Shown here in pieces: positions 9,044-19,156 of a DNA stretch of 32,109 nucleotides. Each line of letters opens with the position of its first letter. Within the stretch, counting starts at the first letter, position 1. Origin of the DNA: Nitrosopumilales archaeon (GTDB lineage: Archaea; Thermoproteota; Nitrososphaeria; Nitrososphaerales; Nitrososphaeraceae); contig JBIQJB010000024.1 in the NCBI GenBank assembly GCA_044507735.1, positions 1 to 32,109 on the forward strand. Direction: 5' to 3'. The position numbers were made by a program, and so were the translations under genes. The notes beneath the pieces were generated by a model that was not told where the DNA came from, did not search any database, and saw only the letters and a list, made by a program, of their open reading frames with translations.

Positions 9044-9823
9044 GTGTCCGCTAAATTGCACAATGAAAAGATGGGAGAGATCAGCCTTTCTTGCAAAAAT
9101 TCTTTAACACCCCCAAAGCTGAATATACGGTTGTTGTCAATCAGCCTTGCTGACGGTGCGATCACTATTGGTGTTCGCACAAGCAAGAGGTCGAAAAGGC
9201 TCCGGCTTGTCTCCAATATCAACGGCGTAGAAGCAATTGTTCCAATAGACTACAGCACAGAAGAGTTGGAAAAATTTGTTTCATCAAAGCGCGACTGGAT
9301 AATCAAGACATCTCGCTATTATGCAAAGCTGAAGGAGCGCTGCGGCGTGCCAGAGCCGGAAACGATCTATTTCCTTGGCAGCAAATACAGGTATCGAGTG
9401 ATAAAAGACAGGAACGTGTCGGCAGTCGTTTCTGAAACAATGAAGCTCATAACATTCCATGTGACAGACATGCGAAAGAAGAAACAACATATCCAAGAAT
9501 GGTACAAGGAGCAGACCGGAAAGATAATAGCCGAGCGCCTGCCCGCGCTTGCTGCCAAACTGGGCCTGAAATACAACAAGGTATCAATAAAGAGCCAGAA
9601 GTCAAGGTGGGCTAGCTGCTCAAAAAAAGGAAACTTGAACTTTAATCTGCTTTTGTCTGCTGCTCCGCTAGAAGTCATTGATTATGTCATAATCCATGAA
9701 TTAATACATTTAATACAGCTTGATCACTCGCCAAGATTCTGGCAGTTAGTAAGAGATGCGGATCCGGATTACAAGAAGCACAGAGAGTGGCTCCTCAGCT
9801 ACGCTCCAGTGATAAGAGTATAG
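9044..9823 (+). CDS. YgjP/DUF45 M48-like metal-dependent hydrolase
   Basis: QKSRWASCS, LNFNLLL, VIDYVIIHELIHL (HExxH) and HSPRFWQLV; exact start uncertain (ATG 9071 possible). Confidence 0.88.
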   Translation: MSAKLHNEKMGEISLSCKNSLTPPKLNIRLLSISLADGAITIGVRTSKRSKRLRLVSNINGVEAIVPIDYSTEELEKFVSSKRDWIIKTSRYYAKLKERCGVPEPETIYFLGSKYRYRVIKDRNVSAVVSETMKLITFHVTDMRKKKQHIQEWYKEQTGKIIAERLPALAAKLGLKYNKVSIKSQKSRWASCSKKGNLNFNLLLSAAPLEVIDYVIIHELIHLIQLDHSPRFWQLVRDADPDYKKHREWLLSYAPVIRV

Positions 9824-9831
9824 GACAGAGG

Positions 9832-10932
9832 CTAGACACCCTGTGTTGTTCTTGGTCTATCGGTCTCTCCCATGTCTACATTTGTTTGCACTGTGACGCT
9901 ATCAGGGTCCATTCGTTGGGGCTCTGGCTCGGCTGCCCTCTTGAATCGCGGAGCGTCCCTTGCAAGGGACCGGAGCTCCTCTATGTCAGGTTCTGACTCC
10001 CGCTCAAACTTTGACCTGACCAAGCCGCTTGGCGCGTCTATCCATAGCTGGCTGCCGTCATAATCGCGGATGTATGCCTTGGGCACGTAATAGATATGCG
10101 CATCCGATACTCCTTCCCTCACTACCACAAATTCGTTCCCTATCCTCTCGACATATCCTATTTCTACGTTGTCAGTGGTCCGGACATGCTTGTGGATAAG
10201 CTGGTCCCAGGGTATTTTGTAGGTCGTGCCCGAATAGTCTACAGGAATTTCCGTAGAGGGCTCCTTTGCCATCCATGGGACACCGTGCACAAACTGTGGA
10301 TGGTTTGCATCTGCATCGCGCATCTGCTCCCGATATGTCTCACTCTGCAACTCTGAAGGGGACGGCGGGCTATCCCGTTCAAAGCGGTCCTTGACTTCGT
10401 CCTTTGTAAGGGAGGCGTAGAGATTGTCGCCGTCGTAGCCCCGGATGAAGTGTTTGGGGATGAAGTAGTGCTTCTTGCTTAACATGCCTTCCTTAACTTC
10501 AATGTAATCGCGGGAAATACTTTCCACGTCGCCAAGATCTTTCTTATCACTGGATTTCACTTTATTTCCAATTATCTTGTCCCATGGCATTTGCACCATG
10601 CCCGCGGGGATGCTTGATGCAAACTCGGGGTACTGTTGCATGACTGCGGTCCTACGCTCCTTGTACTCTGGTGTTTCAAGCTCTGCAAGATCTGGTTCTT
10701 TTTCTTTCTCAAATCTTGACTTTACTTCATCTTTTGTCAGCGAAACCCATAGATTGTCGCCGTCGTAGCCGCTCAGGTGGTATTTTGGTATGAAGTAATA
10801 GTTCTTCGAGACTGTGCCTTCTTTTGTCTGTATGTAGTCGTGGGTTATGCTCTGTACCTTGCCAAGGTCCTTGTCGTCACTTGACTTGACCTTTCTGCCA
10901 ATAGCCTTGTCCCATGAGATAATGTCATTCAT
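9832..10932 (-). CDS. Protein with three tandem PRC-barrel/DUF2171-like repeats
   Basis: Three units of W..(I)..K(V)KSSD.KDLG.V..I..DYI..KEG......YFIPK..I.GYDG..L...L. Confidence 0.85.
   Translation of the reverse strand: MNDIISWDKAIGRKVKSSDDKDLGKVQSITHDYIQTKEGTVSKNYYFIPKYHLSGYDGDNLWVSLTKDEVKSRFEKEKEPDLAELETPEYKERRTAVMQQYPEFASSIPAGMVQMPWDKIIGNKVKSSDKKDLGDVESISRDYIEVKEGMLSKKHYFIPKHFIRGYDGDNLYASLTKDEVKDRFERDSPPSPSELQSETYREQMRDADANHPQFVHGVPWMAKEPSTEIPVDYSGTTYKIPWDQLIHKHVRTTDNVEIGYVERIGNEFVVVREGVSDAHIYYVPKAYIRDYDGSQLWIDAPSGLVRSKFERESEPDIEELRSLARDAPRFKRAAEPEPQRMDPDSVTVQTNVDMGETDRPRTTQGV
10421..10770. repeat. Intragenic direct repeat from domain duplication
   Basis: Identical 20-mer AGATTGTCGCCGTCGTAGCC at 10421-10440 and 10751-10770, 330 nt (110 codons) apart. 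Confidence 0.9.
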
Positions 10933-11318
10933 ATGATATATTCAAGACTTTTGTGCATGCAATTTATCAGTTGCAGACTAATCTTACATAGTATTTGTGA
11001 CAAAGCGAACAGCCTTCACAGTAGATCAGAGTTCTGTTATCTTGCAGCGTGCAAAACCCTTTTCGTTTCCGAGTCTATGTATGTGGATATACGGAGATTC
11101 TTTTTCACGGCCACAACAAATGCTCTAGGAAGTTGGAGAGAATAGTTGGAAGGCACTCATATGCCGCTATCTCATAGTTTTCAGTCACTGCAGGTTTGTG
11201 CCTCTGCTGCCTTCTTGTGGCACGTAACTGGACACAGCTGGAAGGTATTCAAGTCGTGGAATATGGTCATCAAGACAGATCTTGTACTGTCCAGAGCTGA
11301 GAGGAGTCAATCAACAAC

Positions 11319-12068
11319 TCATGAACGCCTCAGCCGCGCGACTACTATGCCCGCGACTATTCCGGAAGCCATAACTGCGGCTACTGTTGGGAATTCTGGC
11401 ACAATCGTGGCTGAAAATGAAACCGAGTCCACCATATCTTCTGCAGTGGCAGTGTCACCACCCACATCCCAGCCGGGCCGTATGTCGGTAATGTTGACAG
11501 TAACAGGACCGGTATAGTTGTTCTCTCCAAGGTCGATCCTCTGTGTTCCCCTGCCGCCAAGACCAGGTTGATCCATTTGCTCCCACAACAGGTTACCCGC
11601 TTGATCGTAAATCGCGATATCATAACTTTCTATGGGAACGGTGGTCTCGATCAGAGTGGAACCGGTATAGTTGGCCCCCTCAGGCGTATCTGTAAAGCCG
11701 CTTGCGCCGACAGTGCTCTGACCTGTTTCATTTGTTTCTGTCTGTGGAAAGTTTGTTGCATTTGGTCTTGGAGAACTGCCATTGAGGAACACTATTTCTA
11801 TCTGCCACGCGCCCTGCTCATCCAGAGTCACCTGAGGCCACCGGAGCTGCACCAAATAGGTCCCCTTTTCTGACATTTGCTCAAGCACAGGCAAATCTGT
11901 GCCAGACGCGTTGAGCTGCGGATCATCCTCGGTCGCATTCCCCAATGTTGCGCGGGGCTCTATCTCTTGCGCCCCAAATACAGGCGAAAACAAGATGGGC
12001 AACACCATTGTCATTGACGTGGCGAATGCAAGATAAGAATACCTTGTTGACACGACTAGTATCGACAA
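11319..12068 (-). CDS. Secreted/surface glycoprotein with PEF-CTERM (archaeosortase) sorting signal
   Basis: N-terminal hydrophobic signal, many N-x-S/T sequons (NAT, NAS, NGS, NET, NYT, NIT), and C-terminal VPEFP + TM helix + RLRRS. Confidence 0.85.
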   Translation of the reverse strand: MSILVVSTRYSYLAFATSMTMVLPILFSPVFGAQEIEPRATLGNATEDDPQLNASGTDLPVLEQMSEKGTYLVQLRWPQVTLDEQGAWQIEIVFLNGSSPRPNATNFPQTETNETGQSTVGASGFTDTPEGANYTGSTLIETTVPIESYDIAIYDQAGNLLWEQMDQPGLGGRGTQRIDLGENNYTGPVTVNITDIRPGWDVGGDTATAEDMVDSVSFSATIVPEFPTVAAVMASGIVAGIVVARLRRS

Positions 12069-12160
12069 AAATACAATATAAAGAACGGCGATGATTGTTC
12101 AATGGGTTAGATACAAGGTTTATAGAACTGACGGCCCGGCATTCCATACAAGAGAAGCAT

Positions 12161-13207
12161 ATGGATGTTGAAGAGCGCATTGCACTAGTGACGCGCGAGC
12201 CGACCGAGGAGGTCATTACCGCAGACGAACTACGGGCACTACTTGAGACAAAGGCCCACCCAAAGCACTACATTGGGCTTGAAATATCAGGAGTGTTGCA
12301 TCTCGGCAGCCTGGTTCTGACAGGATTCAAGATAAACGACTTTATCAAGGCAGGCATCAATACGACGGTCTTTCTTGCCGACTGGCACACCTACATCAAC
12401 GACAAGCTGGGTGGGGATTGGAACAGGATAAAAAAGATCTCACAATACTATGCAGAAGCGTTCAAGTTCTTTTGTCCTGGCGTAAGCGTCGTCCTCGGCA
12501 GCGACCTTTACAGGCAGACAGAGAACTATTGGGAGGACTTTGTGCGCTTCTCAAAGCACATGACGCTTGCAAGGACCATGCGGTCGCTCACCATAATGGG
12601 CAGGAGCGAGACGGACAAGAACCTCGACCTCTCGCAGCTGCTGTACCCTCCAATGCAGTCAGTGGACATCAAGGCGCTTGACCTTGACATAGTGCATGCT
12701 GGCATGGACCAGCGCAAGATACACATGCTGGTGAGGGAGATATTTCCCAAGCTTGGCTGGAAAGTGCCGGTGGTTGTCCACCATCACCTGCTGCCAGGTC
12801 TTTCAGAGCCAGTAACAATGGGCCTTGACGAGAATGCCGCAGAAGATGCCAGGATATCTAGCAAGATGAGCAAGAGCAAGCCGGGAAGCGGAATACTGAT
12901 CCATGATGATGAAAAGACGATCAGGGACAAGATTTCGAAGGCGTTCTGCCCTGTGGGAGTGGCCGCAGGTAACCCCATACTGGAGCTGGTACGCTATGTC
13001 ATCTTCCACGAATTTAGCGAGTTTGTAATAGAGCGGCCTGCGAAATATGGAGGCAACGTAACGTACGCAAGCTACAAGGATATAGAGCGCGATTTTGTTG
13101 AGAAAAAGATACACCCTATGGACCTAAAGAATGCCACCGCTACCTACATCAACAAGATAATCGAGCCGGTGCAGAGGCATTTTAAAGGAAAGGAACCGGA
13201 GCTCTAG
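12161..13207 (+). CDS. tyrS: Tyrosine--tRNA ligase (archaeal type)
   Basis: YIGLEISGVLHLGS (HIGH-like), LADWH, YPPMQSVDI, AGMDQRKIH, KMSKS and HPMDLK; ATG at 12161. Confidence 0.95.
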   Translation: MDVEERIALVTREPTEEVITADELRALLETKAHPKHYIGLEISGVLHLGSLVLTGFKINDFIKAGINTTVFLADWHTYINDKLGGDWNRIKKISQYYAEAFKFFCPGVSVVLGSDLYRQTENYWEDFVRFSKHMTLARTMRSLTIMGRSETDKNLDLSQLLYPPMQSVDIKALDLDIVHAGMDQRKIHMLVREIFPKLGWKVPVVVHHHLLPGLSEPVTMGLDENAAEDARISSKMSKSKPGSGILIHDDEKTIRDKISKAFCPVGVAAGNPILELVRYVIFHEFSEFVIERPAKYGGNVTYASYKDIERDFVEKKIHPMDLKNATATYINKIIEPVQRHFKGKEPEL

Positions 13208-13587
13208 ATCGCTTTCTTGGCCGCCGCGATGATCTTGGCGACTTCATCTGCAGGCGTTTCCTTCTCCATCGTGATGTAGTAAAAGTACTCTTCGCTTGAA
13301 ATGGTCAGTATCTTGACCTTCTCGTTTTCTGTAAAAGTATATTCGGTCTTGCCAATGGAATCTTCAAAGTTCTTGCGAAGCTGGTTCCTCGTCGCCTCGA
13401 TAAAGTATTCGTTTCGGGCCTCGTCCGGCTTTAGCAGAGGCACGACTCCCTTCCGGAGGCCGCCGGCTAGTGTGCGGCCAAACTTGTTCATGATGCCAGC
13501 GTAGCGTATTCGCGGAGATATTCCAAGGATGCTGTTGCATTTCTCCTTGTATTTCTGCGTGTTTGGATCTGCCTGAGGCTTGGACAT
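13204..13587 (-). CDS. Hypothetical small alpha/beta protein (roadblock/profilin-like, thaumarchaeal type)
   Basis: ILGISPRIRYAGIMNKFGRTLAGGLRKGVVPLL pattern; convergent with tyrS. Confidence 0.7.
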   Translation of the reverse strand: MSKPQADPNTQKYKEKCNSILGISPRIRYAGIMNKFGRTLAGGLRKGVVPLLKPDEARNEYFIEATRNQLRKNFEDSIGKTEYTFTENEKVKILTISSEEYFYYITMEKETPADEVAKIIAAAKKAI

Positions 13588-13624
13588 CAGATTATATTAG
13601 AAAGTGGGTGATATATGAACTACC

Positions 13625-15133
13625 TTACGCAAGGTTTGCAATCGACATCTTGCCAATCTGCCGCTTCAGATATATCGACAAAATTATTGATACGACTGAC
13701 AATAATGCAGCAGTCAGGAAAATGACGCTAAATGCCTGCGTTGAGGGGAAAGACATTGCTCTGCCGGCTACCTCTACAGTTGACTGGTACATCTGCATGT
13801 AGACGCCCGCAAGTGCCGGTCCTATGGAGCTTCCCACGATCCTGAGTAGAGTATTCATCCCAAGCGATATGCCTGTAAATTCTGCGGGTGTGGCAAGCAG
13901 CGTCACGTTTAGGGCACCGACATTAGTGAGGGATAACCCTGTAGACAGTATTGCAAGGTTGGCTGCAACTGCCATCCAACTGCCATGGAATGCAAGAAGA
14001 AAGAAGAACCCTGTAGCTGTTATGGAAGTGCCAATGATTATCGGCTTGATAGAACCCATCCTGTGCACAATGAACCCGGAAGTGGGCCCGAAGATCAAGA
14101 GCACTATTGCAAACGGGAGTTGCACATAGCCGGCCGTCGCTGCGTCGCCTCCAAATCCCAGCGGCTCAGGGTTCCGCACTAGCACAGGCACTGTCTGGAA
14201 CACCATGAACATGGAGAACCCTACCGTCATGATGATCAGGTTAGCAGGCAGGATCGCCCTGTGCGACATTAGCTTAAAGTCCACAAGTGGAAGTTTTTCT
14301 CGCCGCTCGATCATGACAAAAAGCCAGAGTGCAGTAGCCCCAATTGCTGCAAAGATTGCTATCTGACCCGTCATCACAGACTGACCAGAATCGGTTTCAA
14401 GTAGCGTGAGTGCCAACAAGAACGACGTGACAAAGGCTGCAAGCGTCATTGCACCCTTGATGTCAATTCCCCGAGAAGTGGCCGGGGCAGCCTTAGAGGC
14501 CACATGTTTGGGCGCCGCCTCTTCCCACGGCTCAAGCTTGCGCTCGTAGTTGAAGCGCCAGATCAGCACAAATAGAAAGATCGCGATTGGAATGGTAGAG
14601 AAGAACGTCGCTTGCCATCCATAGTTGCTGATTATTATTCCGCCGGCCGCAAGTCCGATGACTGCTCCTGAAGCGAACATGGACGATATCACGCCTTGTC
14701 CTATTGAGATCTTTTCCCTTGGAAACTGGTCGCGAATTATCCCAAATGCAATAACAAACATTGCCATCCCTATTCCCTGTATTGCCCTGGCGGCAAAGAG
14801 AAAGTAGATGTTTGATGAGAATCCTGCAATGCTGATCCCTGCGATATAGATCGCCAGTATAATTAGCAGAATCTTCTTCTTGCCATAGATGTCTGACAGT
14901 TTGCCGGCTATAGGAGTCATGACCGCGCCGGGAATTAGATAGGCCGTTAGAATCCATGATGACATGCTATATGAGACATTGAATTCTCTGACGAGGTCAG
15001 GTATTGCCGGAATAAGCATCGTTTCTGCGTACATGACCATCGTTGCGATGCTGCTAAGGACTGCAAGCACTTTCCATGCAGAAGCAGGAATCTTGGCAGG
15101 GTTTGCAGCTTTGTCTTCTTTAAATGTACCCAA
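13625..15133 (-). CDS. MFS transporter (14-TMS, DHA2/EmrB-like)
   Basis: Motif A GKLSDIYGKK, SWILTAYL, ARAIQGIG, IDIKGA and multiple TM helices. Confidence 0.92.
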   Translation of the reverse strand: MGTFKEDKAANPAKIPASAWKVLAVLSSIATMVMYAETMLIPAIPDLVREFNVSYSMSSWILTAYLIPGAVMTPIAGKLSDIYGKKKILLIILAIYIAGISIAGFSSNIYFLFAARAIQGIGMAMFVIAFGIIRDQFPREKISIGQGVISSMFASGAVIGLAAGGIIISNYGWQATFFSTIPIAIFLFVLIWRFNYERKLEPWEEAAPKHVASKAAPATSRGIDIKGAMTLAAFVTSFLLALTLLETDSGQSVMTGQIAIFAAIGATALWLFVMIERREKLPLVDFKLMSHRAILPANLIIMTVGFSMFMVFQTVPVLVRNPEPLGFGGDAATAGYVQLPFAIVLLIFGPTSGFIVHRMGSIKPIIIGTSITATGFFFLLAFHGSWMAVAANLAILSTGLSLTNVGALNVTLLATPAEFTGISLGMNTLLRIVGSSIGPALAGVYMQMYQSTVEVAGRAMSFPSTQAFSVIFLTAALLSVVSIILSIYLKRQIGKMSIANLA

Positions 15134-15703
15134 ATCTTGCGGTTCAACAGGTTTAATGCACTTTACCTATTAAAAGCTGAGCGGAGAGAAAGAAGAAAGA
15201 TTTCTCTCTAGCCTTCCAGTGCTGTGCGCTCTTCTTCTTACAGCATGTGTGTAACGCAGAGGAAGGTAACTACTCCCGGACTGCAGCGGATTTGCCAGTT
15301 TCGGTTCTCATTTGTGCATGACCCTGAAATGTTGTTTTCGCTGTTCATGACCATTCTTGCCATCTTCTGCTCTTTCACCATCATCCCCATGCCAGAAGCA
15401 AGAGGAAAGATATGCCAGTGGCAGGAGCATCAGCCGCCGGCAGCATGCATGCAGTCAATCAGTGCTGTAGATATCTAGTCAAGGCAACATTTGTGCGCAG
15501 GCTGACAATCTTGCAAGTGTCAATGCTGCAACCACATCCGTCGGCAGTGCGGCACCATCCTCAATGCAGACATGATGCCAAATCTCTTGTGAGCTATCAG
15601 AAAAAAGGATGCGACATATCGCAAGGTCGAAAATTGCTCAGAAAATGAGAAAATGAGATGGTGCAAAGGAGCAATGTGAGATGTTGATAGAAAACGAAGC
15701 AGG

Positions 15704-15710
15704 AAAAAAA
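15704..15710 (-). terminator. Oligo-T archaeal terminator of the arg/lys operon
   Basis: T7 run on the minus strand directly after the lysM stop codon. Confidence 0.5.
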
Positions 15711-16136
15711 CTAGCGCATCGTCTTTAGTATGATTACAGTATTGGTGTCTGATACGCCCTCTATCTTGCGTATGTCATCTATACACTTGTTGATCTCCGC
15801 TATCGCCGGTGCTGCAATAATTGCGGCAATGTCGTATTGGCCAGTTATTTCGTAGACCACTTCGACTCCCCCAAGTTTCATCAGCCTGCCAGAGACTGCG
15901 GAGGTGTCCGCGGTCGATGTTACAGAGATCAGCGTTATAGCACTGGTCTTGTCACTTGCACCGAGTTCGATGGTAAAGCGCTTAATGATCCCGGTGTCTA
16001 CAAGGTTCTTGACCCTGCGCCTTACGGCCGATTCTGAAAGGCCTATGTCGTTAGCGATCTCCACAAACGCCTTGCGCGAATCTGCCTGCAGTATGCGGAT
16101 TATCTTTTCGTCTGTTTCATCAATGTTAGCTGACAT
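15711..16136 (-). CDS. lysM: Lrp/AsnC family regulator LysM
   Basis: IDETDEKIIRILQADSR...GLSESAVRRRVKNL HTH plus RAM domain VYEITGQYD; last gene of the lysW cluster. Confidence 0.88.
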   Translation of the reverse strand: MSANIDETDEKIIRILQADSRKAFVEIANDIGLSESAVRRRVKNLVDTGIIKRFTIELGASDKTSAITLISVTSTADTSAVSGRLMKLGGVEVVYEITGQYDIAAIIAAPAIAEINKCIDDIRKIEGVSDTNTVIILKTMR

Positions 16137-17307
16137 TCCGTCTCTTTTCCTCGTTAGTCAATACATTGTCCATTATATCAATTGCGCGGGAAACCGTCGT
16201 TTCATCCATTACGAGTGGCGGAAGAAGTCTTATGATGTTTCTTCCCGAATATAGCATCAGCAGTCCATTGCGAATTCCGTCAAAGAGCACATCCTTCACC
16301 TCGAAGCGGAGCTCCACACCCAGCATCATACCGAGGCCTCTCACTTCTCGAATTATCTTGTGCTTCTCCTTTAGCCTGTTCAGACCCTCTTTCCAGTGCT
16401 TTCCTACCTTGGCCGCGTTTTCAACCAGCTTGTCTTCGGTCAGAGCTTCAAGCGTAGCGGTACCTGCTGCGCAAGCTATTGGGCTTCCGCCAAACGTTGA
16501 CGAATGCTCGCCCAGCTTTGTTGCTTCAATTATCGCTGGTTTTGCAAGTATCAGCCCCATCGGGATGCCCCCTGCGATTCCCTTTGCAAGGCACATGATG
16601 TCCGGCGTGGTGTTCCAGTTCTGCCCAGCCCACATCTTGCCCGTCCTGCCAAGGCCCGCTTGTATTTCGTCGAATATCAGCACAAGGTTGCGCCTGTCAC
16701 AGATCTCCCTTATCTTTGGCAGGAGGTCGTCCGGTGGCACTATGATTCCCGTCTCTCCCTGAATCGGCTCCAGGATCACAGTCCCAACTGCATCGTCGAT
16801 GGCCTCTTCCAGCTTGGACGGGTCGCTGTATGGGACGAACTTGACTCCATCCAAAAGCGGCATGAACGATTTTCGGTATTTTTCGTTATATGTTACTGAA
16901 AGTGCGCCGAACGTTTTGCCATGGTACGCGCCGTTCATAGCTATCACGCCGTGCTTGCCAGTGTATTTGCGGGCGAACTTGAGAGCACCTTCGACAGATT
17001 CAGCGCCACTGTTTGTAAAGAACATCTTGCTCAAACCCGGCGGAGCAATGGTCGACATTTTTTCCATGAACTTGAGCCGAGTGTCGTTGTAGACTGACAT
17101 GTGCGCAGTTATCAGTGTGTCTGCCTGCCTTTTGATTGCAGCCACAACCCGGTCGTTGCAGTGGCCGACCAATGCAACGCCATAGCCTCCCATACAGTCG
17201 ATGTATTCCTTGCCGCTCGTGTCCCAAACCCTTGCGCCCTTGCCCCGGGCAAGGTTCACAGGAAACCGCTGGTAAAGCGCTGCCAGGTACTGGTCTTCTG
17301 TATTCAT
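16126..17307 (-). CDS. lysJ: [LysW]-aminoadipate/glutamate semialdehyde aminotransferase (LysJ/ArgD)
   Basis: Class III aminotransferase motifs NSGAESVE, YHGKT, EPIQGETG, FDEIQAGLGRTG, AKGIAGG and STFGG. Confidence 0.93.
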   Translation of the reverse strand: MNTEDQYLAALYQRFPVNLARGKGARVWDTSGKEYIDCMGGYGVALVGHCNDRVVAAIKRQADTLITAHMSVYNDTRLKFMEKMSTIAPPGLSKMFFTNSGAESVEGALKFARKYTGKHGVIAMNGAYHGKTFGALSVTYNEKYRKSFMPLLDGVKFVPYSDPSKLEEAIDDAVGTVILEPIQGETGIIVPPDDLLPKIREICDRRNLVLIFDEIQAGLGRTGKMWAGQNWNTTPDIMCLAKGIAGGIPMGLILAKPAIIEATKLGEHSSTFGGSPIACAAGTATLEALTEDKLVENAAKVGKHWKEGLNRLKEKHKIIREVRGLGMMLGVELRFEVKDVLFDGIRNGLLMLYSGRNIIRLLPPLVMDETTVSRAIDIMDNVLTNEEKRRNVS

Positions 17308-18107
17308 TTTGGAGTTATCACCGTGCAGTTATTGTGAGCAATCGCGGAGGAAATTGGGTTCTCGACTTGACCGGATGCGATGATCGCTTCCTTGACTCCC
17401 ATCTCAAGGGCCTCGGTGCAGGCAAGCACCTTCTTCTCCATCCCAAATCCTATCTTTGGCAGCGCGGCCTTGGCCTGCTCCAGCGTCATCGAGGTAACCA
17501 GCTTTTCGTTGAGCATGAGCCCGTTGACATTTGTGATGAATATAACCTTGTCTGCCTTTACCCCACCTGCGACATATGCAGCCGCCCTGTCTCCGTCAAC
17601 ATTGAGAAAATCATATTCTTCGCTCAGTGCAATTGGTGACACCACTGGCACATAGCCACTGTCAACCAGATTGTTCAGAAGTGTGGGATCAACTGCGTTT
17701 ATCTTGCCGGTGTAGCCGCCGTCAATCATCATTTTTCTCCCCTTTTCGTTTATTATCAACAGTTTCTTCTTGCGTTCCGCCTTTAGTATGCCCCCGTCAA
17801 TCCCTGCAATCCCCACAGCCTTGATACCCTGCCGGAGCAGCATGCCGGTGATGGCCTTGTTTATCTTGCCCGACATTACCATCGTGTAGATTTCCGCGGT
17901 TTCCTTGTCAGTGTATCTGCTGCGCACCCCACCGGGGGAGACAATGAATTTCTGTTCCTTGCCCAGCTTTGTGGCGGTAGCTGTAACTTCTTTGCCACCA
18001 CCATGCACAAAGACAAGCTTGTCCTTTCCAGCTATTGCCTTGATATCTGTCAGAGTAGAGGGGTGTAGCCCGTCTACTACGCTTCCGCCTATCTTGATGA
18101 CTATCAT
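17304..18107 (-). CDS. lysZ: [LysW]-aminoadipate/glutamate kinase (LysZ/ArgB)
   Basis: VIKIGGS, VHGGG, SRYTD, GGYTGKI, LNVDGDRAA and GMEKK. Confidence 0.93.
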   Translation of the reverse strand: MIVIKIGGSVVDGLHPSTLTDIKAIAGKDKLVFVHGGGKEVTATATKLGKEQKFIVSPGGVRSRYTDKETAEIYTMVMSGKINKAITGMLLRQGIKAVGIAGIDGGILKAERKKKLLIINEKGRKMMIDGGYTGKINAVDPTLLNNLVDSGYVPVVSPIALSEEYDFLNVDGDRAAAYVAGGVKADKVIFITNVNGLMLNEKLVTSMTLEQAKAALPKIGFGMEKKVLACTEALEMGVKEAIIASGQVENPISSAIAHNNCTVITPK

Positions 18108-19156
18108 ACCGGTGTCAGCGGGGTGTATTTCAGACCATCGGTCTCATCGTAGCCGGCCATAACGTTCATGACCTGTATCGCAGATCCGGCTGCTCCCTTC
18201 ATCAGGTTGTCTGACGCAGAAAGTGCCACTATCCTCTGGTTATATTCGTCTATGTCAAAGCCCACGTCGCAAAAGTTCGATCCTACCACAAACTTGGGAT
18301 CGGGGAACTTGTAGAGGCCCTTCTTGTCTCGTATCAGCCTGACAAAAGGCTCATTCTTGTACGAGTTGCGATACATCTTCCAAAGTTCAAGCTCTTCTAC
18401 CTGTCTCTTTAGGAAAGTGTGGTTGGTCGTCAGTATGCCCCTGACAATGTTGACTGCATGTGGACTCATGCTCACCTTGATCTGCTTTTTCGCTATCGCT
18501 GAAAGCTCTTGCTCGATTTCCCCTGTATGCCTGTGCTTTGCGGGCTTGTATGGCCTAACTACACCATAGCGCATTGCATGGTGGGTGCCAGCATTGGCCT
18601 TCTGCCCCGCGCCTGACGAGCCGATCTTGCTGTCTACCACCACGTGATCGGTGTCTATCAGGTTGTTTTCAATGAGCGGCTTTAGTGCAAGCAGCGAAGT
18701 GACTGCCATGCAGCCAGGGCATGACACCAGCTGAGCGTTCTTGATCTCCTCGCGGTGAAGCTCCGGCACGCCATAGACAGACTTGCTCAACATATCAGGG
18801 AATGGGTGCTCCCAACCGTACCATCTGACATAGTCCTTGGGGTTTTTGAGACGGAAATCAGCCGACAGGTCGATTACTTTCATGCCCCTGTCGTACAGAT
18901 CTTTGACTATCTTGTTCGCTTTGCCGTGTGGCACCGATGTGAACACTAGATCGCAATTGTTTGCCATCTTTTCAGTATCCATTGGCGAGAAAGTGATGTC
19001 AATGAATCCCTTCAGGCTCGGGTGGACGCGGTGCACATATTCACCGGCTTTTTGGCGCGATGTAACCATGCTTACTTCCACTTTTGGGTGTGTTACCAGT
19101 AGGCGGAGCAACTCGCCGCCCACATATCCAGAAGCTCCAACGACTCCGACTTTCAT
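18104..19156 (-). CDS. lysY: [LysW]-phosphate reductase / N-acetyl-gamma-glutamyl-phosphate reductase (LysY/ArgC)
   Basis: GVVGASGYVGGELLRLL, VIDLSADFRL, PGC, SSGAG, HRH and DNLMKGAAG; ATG at 19156. Confidence 0.95.
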   Translation of the reverse strand: MKVGVVGASGYVGGELLRLLVTHPKVEVSMVTSRQKAGEYVHRVHPSLKGFIDITFSPMDTEKMANNCDLVFTSVPHGKANKIVKDLYDRGMKVIDLSADFRLKNPKDYVRWYGWEHPFPDMLSKSVYGVPELHREEIKNAQLVSCPGCMAVTSLLALKPLIENNLIDTDHVVVDSKIGSSGAGQKANAGTHHAMRYGVVRPYKPAKHRHTGEIEQELSAIAKKQIKVSMSPHAVNIVRGILTTNHTFLKRQVEELELWKMYRNSYKNEPFVRLIRDKKGLYKFPDPKFVVGSNFCDVGFDIDEYNQRIVALSASDNLMKGAAGSAIQVMNVMAGYDETDGLKYTPLTPV

